The notes under the pieces are model-generated. The model was given only the letters and a program-made list of their open reading frames with translations. It was not told the DNA's origin and did no database searches. Shown here piece after piece: positions 1 to 12,323 of a stretch of 45,931 nucleotides of DNA. A program made the translations under genes and the position numbers. The first letter of the stretch is position 1, and each line of letters opens with the position of its first letter. Origin of the DNA: Octopus sinensis (Eukaryota); assembly GCF_006345805.1 (NCBI RefSeq), contig NW_021834685.1:1-45931 (forward strand). The letters are read 5' to 3'.

Positions 1-2160
1 TTAATGGATTTATAAATCATTTATGAATAGATCTTAAAAAGCGTGTGCTAATTTTTGTTTTCTTGTGTTTATTTTTAGTTGTACATTTTTGTAATATTAT
101 ATTTTTTTCTTGGTTATGATGATTTTATGGTCCGTGTTATGAATTGTGATTATTATCCATATCTGAATTTAGAAAATAACAATTTGGTAAGGTTGTAGGT
201 TATATATGTCTTTAAAATTCATATTCTAAATAGTATCCTTAGAGGCCTTTTTATGTAATTCTACCCAATACGTGGGTATTAGGTCATTATATTACTCAAC
301 GGTATACTATGATTTTAAACATTTTATACTATTTTTATATGTTTTATTTCTATTATTATTTATTAACTCCAAGATCACCGAGAAAGATAGGTCAGAACTA
401 ACTAATTAGGTGATCCCTGCTTCCAACAACAGCCGTACTCTCCTTGCATGATCTTCTGATGACCCGACCGTTAAAATATTTTTAGACTATGAAAGATTTT
501 AAAAAAGAATTAATACTTGTGTTTCCAACAAGAAAGCGGCTCGTCTAAATAAGAAAATTTTTTTTAATTCTAGCAATTTAACCGATGCATAATTGATAGA
601 AGATGGAAGGGCTAAAACGGTGTACAATTTGAACATAGATTAATTGTTTTTCCTGTCCAGATACTACAATTTAAAAAATGTTAAAATCAATCATTCTGAA
701 AATTTAACACAACGAAATTAATTATTTTTCAAGAATTTACTTTACAAAAATTTACAGTAGATAAAATAATTGTCGTTCACAATTAAAGTTTTTAAAATAA
801 GAAAACTATCGGGATAAGTTTAAAATAGTGTTAGGATATTTTAAAATGCAATGCAGTAAAATTTATGTAGAGTTCGTTTTTCATTAATCCCAATTGATTA
901 TAGGAAAAAGCTTTTTATCGGTAGTTTCATTAATGATAATCATGAATAAACATAATTGGGTGTAAGGGAATTTATCAGTTTTATTATTTTTATTTTTTTC
1001 TCCCCTTATACAATATTCCTCAGTTCTATAAAATCAATTTATTTTTTTTTTTTATTTCAGTAATTTTTTCGGAAATTAAGTTCTTTAATTGCGTTTCATT
1101 TTGAGCTTCAGCTCTTATAACTAAATTTTTCCAAACAGAGAAAATATTTTCGATGGAACTGAGGAAGGGTGAATAAGGGGGAAGAAAAAATAAAATAATT
1201 AAAACTGATAAATTCCCTTACACCCAAATTATGATGTATTCATGCATTATCAGTAATGAAAACTACCGATAAAAGCTGCTTTTTCCTAATAATTAATTTG
1301 GGATTCATGAAAAACGAACTCTACATAAATGTTAACTGCATTGCATTTATAACATATCCTAACACTATTTTAAACTTATCCCGATAGTTTTCTTATTTTT
1401 AAAAAACTTTAATTGTGAACGACAATTATTTTATCTACTGTAAATTTTTGTAAAGTAAATTCTTGAAAAATAATTAATTTCGTTGTGTTAAATTTTCAGA
1501 ATGATTGATTTTAACATTTTTTAAATTGTAGTATCTGGACAGGAAAAACAATTAATCTATGTTCAAATTGTACAACGTTTTAGCCCTTCCATCTTCTATC
1601 AATTATGCATCGGTTAAATTGCTAAAATTAAAAAAAAAATTTCTTATTCAGACGAGCCACTCTCTTGTTGGAAACACAAGTATTAATTCTTTTTTAAAAT
1701 CTTTCATAGTCTAAAATATTTAAATCGGGTCATAGAAATATAAAGATAATGTTGGAAGAAAACATTAGTTAGTTTACATCCGATTGGAGTTAATAATAAT
1801 AATAGAAATAAAACATATAAAAATAGTATAAAATGTTGAAAATCATAGTATACCGTTGAGTAATATAATGACCTGATACCCACGTATTGGGTAGAATTAC
1901 ATACAAAGGCCTCTAAAGGATACTATTTAGAATATGAATTTAAAGACAGTATATAACCTACAACCTTAACAAAATTGTTATTTTCTAGAGTTCAGATATG
2001 GATAATAATCACAATTCATAAACACGGACCATAAAATCATCATAACCCAAAGAAAAAAATATAATATTACAGAAATGTACAACTAAAAATAGAGACACAA
2101 GAAAACAAAATTAGCACATGCTTTTAAGATCTATTTATAAATGATTTATAAATCCATTAA
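1..2160. repeat. Long inverted repeat (foldback): arms ~1-1030 and ~1153-2160, spacer ~120 bp
   Basis: Bases 2101-2160 are the near-exact reverse complement of 1-60. The match continues inward to cctcagttctat / atggaactgagg, with scattered substitutions and indels. The left arm is cut by the window edge. Confidence 0.95.
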
Positions 2161-2705
2161 TTATAAAAGTAAATTTAATAACAAAAATGAATTAATAAAA
2201 TCGAAATTCCAAAATACACATTTTTGTTTATCTACTTTTATTTGCACTTTCGGCTTACTTTTGTTCAAAAATCATTTTTCAAATTTTTATTAAATAAGAG
2301 AGATCACATATATTAGTAAACAATTTTAAAAACCAAAAGAACTTCAATTCATAATCATATCCAGTACAGTTTGGAAGACTATTAGACTGCCTCGTTTTTA
2401 TTATGTGGGAGTACTAACCTCTGAGTTCTTGCCTGTAAAAAACGTTTTGTCGGCAACATTTTTATCATTGATATAATCTTTGTTTAAGGAGTTCAGAAAA
2501 ACATTTATTAGCAGGTCTTGGCTAATGGAGAGACGGTTTTTGGTCTGCGGTTGGACGTCTTTCTCTGAAACCGCTATGACTAAGGGACAGAAAACGTTAA
2601 GCGACAACTCGTCTACAAAGAAAAATATTTTAAGGGTAAATAGAATAAAATTAAAAAAATTACTTATTATTCTGAACTTTTAAAGCAAATCAAACCATTA
2701 ATTAG

Positions 2706-2999
2706 CTAAAAATAGCAATCTACTTCAAATTCATAAAAATTTTCACATGCTATTCTCAGTTCAAGTTCCTTTTTGCAGTCTGTTGCAGACACTTCAAGAT
2801 ACCTTCCTGACTTAATTTGTGTCATTTTCACAAAAAGTCTTTGTTTTTCGCTGGCCAAAACATTGACAAAAGCTGCCAAATTTGGGTGCCATTCCAATGA
2901 ATTGGTTGTCCTAGGCATTGACTTTAATACCCGATGAAAATAACTCCAAAAACTGAGGTCATAAGATGGGTCAGCAATAAATTGTTTTTTAGAATACAA
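2706..2999 (-). mobile_element. Mutator-like (MULE) transposase C-terminal remnant
   Basis: FWSYF...MPRTTNSLEWH resembles the MULE PRTNNxxExWH region. Confidence 0.6.
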
Positions 3000-3244
3000 T
3001 TTTTCTATCTGTATTATACAAATAGTTCCGGTGTAGTAAAAGTTTGCTACCTCTTGTCGCCAAATAAATTTAGGCGAGTTGTCGCCTAACTCGCCAAACT
3101 CGCCTTGATAAGATTGAGCACGATCAGTAAAGAAGTCTATTAATCATCAACGTATAGACTTGGCGATTGGAACGCAAAGTCAGGCACACGTCGTAGTACA
3201 GAAACCTTTATTAGACAACGTTAAAGAATATAAAAACCTGCCGT

Positions 3245-3400
3245 AAACCATATTGCCTAATTTCTACAATACGCTCGGGCTTTTCTTATGCAACATGGCT
3301 TTTGAACACTCTGCTCGGCACAAATCTAGATGGACGGTAATGAGACGTGACGAAAATGGGAACTACGCGCCCATCTATTAAATATGCTGGAGAAACGAAT
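3245..3400 (+). mobile_element. Possible LINE (RTE-like) APE endonuclease fragment
   Basis: LFLCNMAFEHSARHKSRW resembles the LxIxNTxFxHKxxHxxTW motif. Short and degenerate. Confidence 0.3.
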
Positions 3401-3438
3401 ATCAGTAAATTGTCATGAGTATAAATTATTATAAATAA

Positions 3439-3510
3439 TCCTCTATGGTCCAATGGCTAGGATATCCGCCTCTCACGTGGATGGTCCGGGTTCGATTACC
3501 GGTGGAGGAA
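3439..3510 (+). tRNA. tRNA-Glu(CTC): tRNA-Glu, anticodon CTC (one T-stem mismatch)
   Basis: 72 nt. Acceptor TCCTCTA/TGGAGGA, anticodon arm ATCCGC-CTCTCAC-GTGGAT, GGTTCGATT B box, TTTT downstream. T stem CCGGG/ACCGG has a G-A mismatch. Confidence 0.8.
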
Positions 3511-3634
3511 TATTTTATTTAAAAAAGTTGTAAGTGTTTTACTCTTAAATTTTACTTAATATGTAAATGCAGAATGAATTCCTACCTCAATCTCATTTTG
3601 TAATTTCACTCAACTTGATCTCAGAATTACATCT

Positions 3635-4055
3635 TTACACTGGTGTATCAGCCCTAGCTCGTTTGCAAGAAGGTCATCTCACGTGGATGGTCCGGGTTCG
3701 ATTCCCGGTGGAAGAGATCATACTTCCTTCTTCACTTTTACTGTCTGCAAACGATCTAGACACGTGATACCCATTTCAACAATAAAAATTTCCTCAGTCA
3801 CCTTATCGGGGCCCACAATATCGTGTTTTTGTGCTGGACAACAATTTAAATTTATACCTTCGAGTTCTCAGACACAAATTAAACTCTATTGGTTCGCAAC
3901 TTTCTGGACCCCCTCTAACAATACTTATTACAGTCCAGAGATGAAGGGACCTCAGCACCTCGTTATGCCTTCATGTGTAATCATGTTACAGCATATTTGT
4001 GGTTAAATGATTAACGGTCATTGCCTTACTTTTAAAGTGGTTACAATGTTTCCGT
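3635..4055 (-). mobile_element. RLE-type non-LTR retrotransposon remnant (zinc knuckle plus restriction-like endonuclease; R2/R4/NeSL/HERO-like group)
   Basis: Across frameshifts it reads TVNHLTT..ML*HDYT*RHNEVLRSLHL ... HDIVGPDKVTEEIFIVEMGITCLDRLQTVK..RKYDL | DLLANELGLIHQC. Interrupted by a tRNA fragment. Confidence 0.75.
3678..3711 (+). pseudogene. tRNA-Glu 3' half (anticodon to acceptor) embedded in the RLE element
   Basis: CTCACGTGGATGGTCCGGGTTCGATTCCCGGTGG matches the 3' half of 3439-3510, except that it has the canonical TTCCCGG T stem. Confidence 0.9.
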
Positions 4056-4139
4056 TAACTATTAAAAAAATTTTGTCTTGAAAGTATAAGAATAACCCTT
4101 CTGCTGAAGGAGAGTTATTCCCATACTTCAACCACGTAG

Positions 4140-5090
4140 ATGACGATACGTGCAGGTTGTCTTACTGCTAAAGAGAGTTTTCTGAAGGAATTTAAGTTGT
4201 TTTCTGTGCCAAGTACAAATGGAGAGAAATCTCGTCCATTATCTCGTTATTCTGATTTCCAGGTTAATCAGAAATTGATATATTAGCACATTGCAATTGA
4301 TAATAGAACAAAAATCAACGATATGCCGAAAGTTTTAGTTTCAAAGAATTCGCAATCTACATTACTAAAATGGTTGAGAGTTCCGATTCTCTTGTATTGA
4401 GAAAGCTGAATTGAAGATAAAATACTAGAAAGTTTGATATTTGCTGATTGAAATTAAACTCAACACAATTTGAATCTCTTTGGACGTAATAAATTATATA
4501 GTTTACTGTCACTTACGATTTATGATGCAAGACATAGCGAGGTTGCTACTGTAATCTCTAAATGCCTTGATTTTCAGGTTAATTATTAATTTTAACAAGT
4601 TTATTCTAAACTTGCGACTAAACCTGTATTTACACCTATTATTGCTTATGGACCGATACATCGTAGATCTCGTCAATTAAAGGCGATATCTTGCACAAAA
4701 TTAAAATTATTCCTGGGTTATTGTAAATTATTTATTTTTGAATATAATCAACAGATACTTGTTTTAATTGACTCTTTCTAAATTCGGTATAGTAGAAGGT
4801 GCCGTTAGCAAATCTACAATATGAGATTTGCCAAATCCTGAATAGAATCTTTTGCATAATTAATTCTTCCGATTATTCTACAAACCGAAATTGTAAAAAA
4901 ATTGTATCAAACATGATTTTATTTTCAGAAAGCTGTCTGATGCCGGAATGCAATTTTAGTCTTTTATGAGCAAATACATTTAGAAGGAAAAAAATTAACA
5001 CAAAAATATATTCTATTTTAATGTAGCTTCACGGATCAAAAGACAGTTACTTTTAAGAATGGCGATACTGGCCTTCTAAATAAACCAGAT
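4140..5090 (+). other. Possible decayed multi-exon host gene, unidentified
   Basis: Coding-like blocks separated by short GT..AG AT-rich gaps (e.g. gttaatcagaaattgatatattag). Contains stops and no recognised motif. Confidence 0.25.
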
Positions 5091-5425
5091 ACTAAATCAA
5101 AAATTTTAATTAACATTTTTAATAAATTTTATTGCTAAAAATAGTTTGGTTAGCAAGAATATGACAAATAATTAATGAATAGACTAAGGCAGTTTAGGTC
5201 TAAAACTGCTAGGTCTGGTTAACCATTTTCCGTGAATTTTTAAAGAAAATCGTGAAGCGCTACTCATTTTTGTTTTGACAATATGTTAGTTTGCGGAAAA
5301 TAGCGATATCTAAAATAATAAAGAGAAATTAATAATTTCAGATGTTTACAGAAGAGATCAACAAAAGAAGTTCAGGAAGAAAAATTAATTAGTCAAATTA
5401 TCTTTCAATTTAGACTCATAATTAG

Positions 5426-5497
5426 TTCTCTATGTTCCAGTGATAGAGATATCAGCCTCTCACGTAGATGGCCCGAGTTCGATTTCAAGTGGAGGAA
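5426..5497 (+). pseudogene. Degenerate tRNA-Glu(CTC) copy
   Basis: 72 nt colinear with 3439-3510, with broken D and T stems. Also shares about 115 nt of 3' flank with that gene. Confidence 0.85.
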
Positions 5498-6372
5498 TCT
5501 TGTATTAATCAAGTCGTTTGATGTTTGTTAATTAAGTTACATTCAAATGAAATTTACTTCATATGTGAATGCACTTCTCTCCATATCCTTTTGTCAGTTT
5601 ACTTAAGTTAATTTCAATGAAAGCTAAATGAGATGTATCGAAAGATTCCTTAGACTCAATGTATCGCCAATGTGGCTGCACTCTTGAAAGAGTTTGTTGT
5701 AATTGTTTCCATACGCACTCGGAAAAAGACCTTTTAACTTTTTAGAGCATCTCAGTAACAATCTTATGAGTCAAAAGCCTGACAATTAAGTCAACCCATT
5801 CTACATTTCTGGAATAAATAAAATAAAACTAATAAAACAAATTACAAATTGATTTAACAAATTTTTTTTATAAATAAAGTATTTATCATAAAAATTTCTC
5901 GATTCAAGGAAAAAATTAATTAGCATCCGATATTCCGTTAGTGCAAAAAATAATAATAATTCTAACTTCAAGTATTTAAATATAATGAAATACAAAATTT
6001 TGTCATAAAAAATCTGTTCTGCAGTAAAAGTAGAAAGGCGAAATATGAAATTGACAATTATTCGGTTAAAATTATTTTATTACTATATTTTTAATCTATG
6101 TCTGTTATTTGGTCTTCCACTTAAAAAACTAACCGTTTTAAAACTTATAAAGGATATAAATTCTATAGTTAAGAAAATGCATTTAAGTTTAATTAAATAT
6201 TATTTCTATCAAATATTATTTAAATAAATTACCATTTTACACGTCGACATTTTAATGTATACGCATGCCGATATAATGATTTAATTTAGGAAGAACTTGC
6301 TTTCTCGCAATGTTTTAATTTAAACAAAATAAACCTAAACTTAAACTATTTTAGTTAATAAGAAGATTGTCA

Positions 6373-6765
6373 ATGTCTGGCTGTTTCAACTCAATTACCG
6401 ATGGGAACCAAGTATCTACCATGTTGGCAAAAGAAACTCCAAACATAAAAATCCTCTATTTTACCGCACCGTATATTAGGACTAATTAATTACTCTAATT
6501 AGTTGGTGTGGTCCCTGCAGGCAGTTTAGTCCTGTCTTTGAGGAGTATCATCGGAATAATTCATTTTTTGACGTGGCCAAGATTGACATTGATAATTTTT
6601 CTGCTTTGGCAGAAACATATGAGGTTTTATATCTATAATTGGAATTTGAAAACTCAGATAACAAGCATTCCGACGGTCATTATCTTTAAGGGTAAAGACA
6701 AGGAGAAAACCATTATTGGTGCTACTGTCGACAAAGTCAAAAAGGCGTTAGAAAACTACTCTTAA
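6373..6765 (+). CDS. TXN: Thioredoxin, 108 aa, 3 exons (6373-6470, 6503-6623, 6658-6765)
   Basis: Spliced ORF MSGCFNS...LYFTAPWCGPCRQFSPVF...IDIDNFSALAETYEITSIPTVIIFKGK. WCGPC active site; GT-AG introns of 32 and 34 nt keep frame. Confidence 0.95.
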
Positions 6766-7989
6766 ATTAATTTTTAAGTTTTTGATCACTTGGTTTCATA
6801 TTTTTTGGGTTTTATTTTTTATTGTATTGTTGAATGTACACGTTTGTTCTTGTCATGTTGTGTTTAGTCTATCTCTGAGCAGTTATTGTTAGTTTGTTTG
6901 AATAGATCATTTCCGTATATTTATTAATCTAAGTACAGACATAATGTAAAAGTAGTTTATAAAATAGAAATTAAGGGTTAGCCTTTATCAAAATTTTTTT
7001 TGATAATAATCGAAAAATCGATTACTTTAATTGACTGAAATGACAATGAAACACATTTTATTGACTAATTATTACTTAGCAATCAGAAATAACAAGGAAT
7101 ACACGCCATGAAGTTTTCTCTTTACTTTCTCTTATCTGGCTCTTTAAACCTTCAAGAAGGTGCAGTAAATGTTATTTTCTACCGACTAAGTGAGTGATTT
7201 TCTCAGAAATCTAACAGTTTGAAAATCTTTACAGCAATTATTAGTATGAGAACACTAAAATAAATCAATTGACACAAAATCGAGGAAAAAAGAAATAAAA
7301 ATGAGACCAACTACAGAATGGAATTAAAATAAGCCTCCAAGGCCGGAAAATGTCGTTGAAATCTCATCTCAAGCTCGTCAATTTTTTCTGCAAGCCGAGC
7401 AATTGTCATTTCTAGACCCACTGATTTATCCGCAAAGAATTCCTTAAATATCAAGAACTGTCTGTCGGATCAGATGTCTTCTGTGATGTCGGTGGCTGCT
7501 CACAAGGACTTTTTATAGACCAAATTCGTCGTTCTCCTTTTTAGAGACATTAAAAAAATCCTAGAACCGCCAGGAATATCCTACTACGCATCCTGTAAGT
7601 AATCATAAATGAAATTGCCCACAAAACTGCTGAAAAGAATCTCTCATGCATGATCAACAATCTCTCATCTCACACCAGAACCCCGTCAAAAAAAGGCTGC
7701 GCAGTTTTCTCTCCAGACATCTCACTGTGTACTCATATACTGGCCTCTTTCATCTCCTGGAAGGTCATTTATGACACACCCATAACCAAGGTCATTTATG
7801 ACTTAATTGAGACTGCTCCAGAAAACATGCAAAAAACAAAATTCTGTCTCTCTTGAAGAAATCACGTATCATTTGATGATCAAACCCAAAAAACCGACTG
7901 GCTCTCTTTTGTGCACGATACCTAAAGTACTCGAAAGACTAATCCTTTCACGAGTCTAATTACTTACCAACCTCCTACACCCAAAATGG

Positions 7990-8235
7990 TTCAAACCACT
8001 GTATTCAACAACTACTCACTTAACAACAAAAAGATCTTAAAAACAAAAAGTCCTAGCTTCGATCAACATAACTAAGACTTTTGACAGCGTCTCTCGATGC
8101 GGTCTCACCATCAAAATTCTCACGATTTGTTCAAATTCAAACGAAAATCTTGTCTTTTCCCCACCCACAGAAACATACGCAGAGTTACTGGTCTCATTCC
8201 CTGGTGTTAGACCGGGGTTATGCAACAACAACAAA
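7990..8235 (+). mobile_element. Degenerate LINE reverse transcriptase fragment
   Basis: VLASINITKTFDSVSRCGLTIKIL (LDxxKAFDxVxHxGLxxKL-like), followed by GVRPG (GVPQG-like). Confidence 0.55.
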
Positions 8236-8329
8236 CATCCGCAGAGTTTCAGGCTGCACTCCCAATCCCCTGAACATGTAAACAAAGTCTTGACAACGCA
8301 CATTGCCTGATAATGCCATAAAAATAATT

Positions 8330-8830
8330 CCAACACTTTTGAGGATCTCAAAAACTTATACAAGTGTTTACTAAATTTCGATTCGCAGACATATGTTGAT
8401 CCAAACATTGCTAATTTTTCTTTGCATTATAGACTAGATTCGAATATCGGTTCTCTGGATTTCTCGAATAAAAGTCAATTATCAAAATGTTGCTGAACAA
8501 ACTTTTTAGTTCAATATCATTATGCAAATCAATCAATTCCAGTTTGCTAAATGCCGGAAACCTCCTCACTTTTTATAATTAATGGAGATGCAAATAATCT
8601 CATTGAAATTGCACCTTCTTTAAAGCTCTATCAGTTTAAATTAAATACTAAAAACCTGAAATCTTGCATAAAATTGCGAATTTATATCTTCAATTATTTT
8701 TGAATATTTATCAGTTGAGCCACTTTCGGAATTTTCTGACAAATAAGAAAAATGTGTGTAATAATTATTTGATATCTGCGCTTTCCATAAACTTAATTTC
8801 TAAGCGAAGGCATTGATTTATCCATAAATT
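8330..8830 (-). mobile_element. hAT transposase C-terminal remnant (Charlie/SPIN, GTF2IRD2-like)
   Basis: RLFASPL..., LELIDLHNDIELKSLF, YSNLVYNAKKI, MFGSTYVCESKFS, read across frameshifts. Confidence 0.8.
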
Positions 8831-9229
8831 TGGTAATTTAGCTTATTTTCTTTCTTTAGTTCGACATTTAGGGCAGACAGATGCACCGATAGATCTACAT
8901 AAAATACTTAACCTGCTACCTATCCATTCTTTTTCAATAATGCATCCTAGGGGCCGCACTTGAGAATTACTGTTCTACATCAACAGTCGACGGACGTAAA
9001 AGACAAATTGAACATCAACAAGAGTTCCATTCACAATTCTGCTTATTTCAGTAACAAATTGAGAAATCACTTCCCAAATACACATTCGGTAGGTGTTTGT
9101 GAACATTACCGTCAACGGAAAGAGCATTTCCATAAAGATGTATCGACGTAGCCTTAAAATAGCACAACAAGCCGGCTATGCGACAACTCGCCTATAGTCG
9201 AGTTGTCCCTTCGATACTCCATCAGTCAA

Positions 9230-9906
9230 TCAATTTCGATACTTTGTTTTTATTTGCGTAAGTTTGCTGAAAAGAGCTTCACATGTATACGTTGATCCAG
9301 ACTGATGCATTTTTTGAGCATTATCGACCAAGTTCGGATATTTCCACTGTGGAATTCGACCCCAAAAATCCAATAGTTCACTTGGCTTAAATAGCGCGGT
9401 AAGTTGTAAATCTGCCTGCATTTCAATTAGTTCCAGTTGATATATGTATGGAACGGTTGCAGCATCTGTTTCCATAGGTGACGAAAATATTTTCATAATA
9501 GGTAGAGTTTCTTTAAAATCATTAAAACGTGTTTCTTGGATTCAGTGGATTGAAAGAGTGTACGAAAAACTTGGATTCAGTGAGTAGCTGGTAATGAAGA
9601 TCGTCAGATATGCTCTCAATTCTCCGAGAAACTGTATCATTGCTATGTCTTAAGACATCGTATTACAGAATGACAAATTAAACAATGTGCGTTACCATTT
9701 TCTTCAAAAACGAAAAATTTTTCCTCCCATTCGGGGTTAAATGCACGATTTTCATGAATAATTTTTCTACTTCGTTTAACACGTTTATCAGACATCACAA
9801 ACAATATTATTTAAACATTAATGTACAAAATATTTAATATAAAAGCAAAAAATATTTAATATCGGGCCGTACTAAAATTGTGGCGGGCCGCGGTTGAGAA
9901 CCGCTG
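9230..9906 (-). mobile_element. Internally deleted hAT (Charlie/SPIN-like) with 5' TIR
   Basis: TIR CAGCGGTTCTCAACC ends at 9906, next to TTCTAAAC (NTCTARAN-type target). N-terminal RAFNPEWEEKFF..HCLIC; C-terminal YQLELIEMQAD..YPNL..GSTYTCEALFSKLTQIKTKYRN. Confidence 0.85.
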
Positions 9907-9999
9907 TTCTAAACCGATTCCTATAGAGGGGAGACCGGTATATTGCACAAGTCATCAAATTTACTTATAACGAAACAGTAAAATTAATAAAAATTTGTC

Positions 10000-10900
10000 A
10001 ATAAGGAATGCCTCGTTTTTAGCCTCGATTTAGCAATCGTTTTATTGTTTGGATAGATCAGTCTGTTGATGGGATCGAGTAATGCAGAGTCTTGAATGCA
10101 AACAAAGTGGCAGATTTAGCATTTTTTGAACATTTGTGAGTAGTAATTTCTCTATATTTTCTGGCCTGTTTGCTTATCTGAGTCATCGTTATTATCTTCA
10201 GAAGCTGTGACTGTTTGTATTGGCCAACGGGGGATGATTCCTATTCTTTGAGATTTTCAGTGGGTAGTTAAAAGTCCAAGTTGACAAATTCTTCTTCTGT
10301 CACGTGATTATCGACTAGTTTATTCATGAGTGATATGAACACTAAATTGTTTGCATGATTGTTGTGTAAATTACATTTTTACAGGAATGCCACACTTATT
10401 AAAGCAGGAGAAGATTGTGTTTTATCCATGATTAGCATCTAAGAAAGAATTTCTGGCAAGTGGTGTCGCAAAAGAGGAACAAGGAAATATTAGAATGAAT
10501 AATCAAGTTAGTTACTTAATGACATCCGAATATTTAAATTAAGCACAATTTCTTCCGCATAGAAGATTGCTTGATGTGGGATATCGGCATAGGTTGCAAT
10601 CTATTGTGAGTAAACTAACACACCATAGGCTCCCTCCGTGATGAGTGTTGCGTCTGGAGTTGTAAATGGTTTTATTTCTACACTTTTATTCATTAAATTG
10701 ATATTTAGATGTTCTGTCACTGTCGTAATCCTTATATTTGAATATATAAGTATACATTATGGGTTGGGACCCATTTGTGAATATGCACATTTTGTGCCTT
10801 GCATTCATACTACATAGTCAGTAAGTTAAAATACCCCATGTAGAGGGGACGACTGATTTTTGGCCTCTGGAAAATGGTATCTAGTGGCATGTAACTTTAA
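10000..10900 (-). mobile_element. Possible highly decayed LINE (endonuclease and start of RT)
   Basis: Weak motifs only: LYMGYFN (GDFN-like), WVPTH, VTEEEF. Confidence 0.3.
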
Positions 10901-12323
10901 TGTTAGAATAAGATTTGTACAGATTGAATGCGCCTAGACGTGCAAAGGCATCTACGTTCACGTAACGAAGGTCACTACAGTAATACAGTTCTCTAATAAT
11001 TCAGAATATTTGAATGTACATAAACCATAGGTGATTCAACCCGTCAAATGAGTTGTTTAGTATTTTCTTTAGCGAGTCTCCTTCACAGTAACTAGTATTA
11101 ATAAAATGTTTATTACAATCTCTCTAAGTTTGTTAAATTCGAGAATATTTCTCCATTTGGAAATGAAACGTTGCTAATGATTTGAATTCTTGTTGTATGT
11201 CCCGCAGCATGTTCTCCATTGAATTCACAGTTTTGCAAAAGTCTGATTCAAATAAGCAATTTTTCAAAAACCGTTGTGTTAAGTCACAATTGCTTTGAAC
11301 CACTACGTGAACAAAAAGTAGGACAAGTGAAAGCATTCTAATTAAAGCTAATATTTTATTGCGAATAACTCATTGGTTAGACAACAAATAAATTAAAAAT
11401 TTTATTAACTAAATCCAAAACCGAAAATAATAAGAAATTAAGTAATTATTGATACTAGTTTTTGGAAATTTTTCTCATCTTGAGGGAACCTCATAACTCA
11501 TTATTTCCACATTTACTTTCATGCTCAGAGTCATTTATAATTTGTCAATTTGTTTCATCTGGGGTTTTCGCATTATTAGTTGGTCATTGCAAACAACTAT
11601 GTAATGACTTCTTTATTAGGCATATTAATTCGCATTTCTATGCTCCACCACGATGCTTTCTAGTGTCTTTTTCATTACAAGTGCCAGAATGTATGTTCTA
11701 GTCGGGACTTGAACAAATAATCTTTCGATATAGGAGATAGAACACTTTGTAATACTTTTAAACCTACTCCGTCCCTATTCACAAAAAGATAGAACACTAT
11801 TTTTTCATGATTGTCGTTTAAATAGTTCGGATACCAAGTTGATTGTCAAAAAAATTATTTCTAAAACAAATAGGACTGTAACTAAGATAATAGAATTACC
11901 CTGCTATTTTTAATGTCTGTCAAAGGAAGTATTTGCCATTACAAATCATCTTTTTTATCTATGGGTTTTGACTGTTGCATGGAGGTGTTGTCGAATGAAT
12001 AAATGGTTCCATATAAATTTAAAAGAAATTTTTGATATAAACACCCCATATGTAAAAATTAAATTGCCAAAATCTTATATTTCCAGCATGCAAATTAATA
12101 GTCCGAACAATTTTTAGTGAGGAAATTAAAAAAATTACAATATACTATCCATTTAACAAAATATTCATTTTAAAAAATCAAAATATTTTTTTACGTTTAT
12201 CTTTAAATAAATTTGTATTAGTGATTTTTTTGTATTAGTGAATATTTAAATATATTTAACAAATATTTAAATAACGAAATTAAATAATTTTCCCCCGCTA
12301 TTTGTTTGTGGTAAACATACAAT

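Noticed and set aside
3678-3711. Split or permuted tRNA gene, LTR primer-binding site, or bacterial-type att site
   Set aside because: No matching free 5' half or pairing leader, no CCA complement or adjacent LTR, and no recombinase. The fragment sits inside an RLE coding motif.
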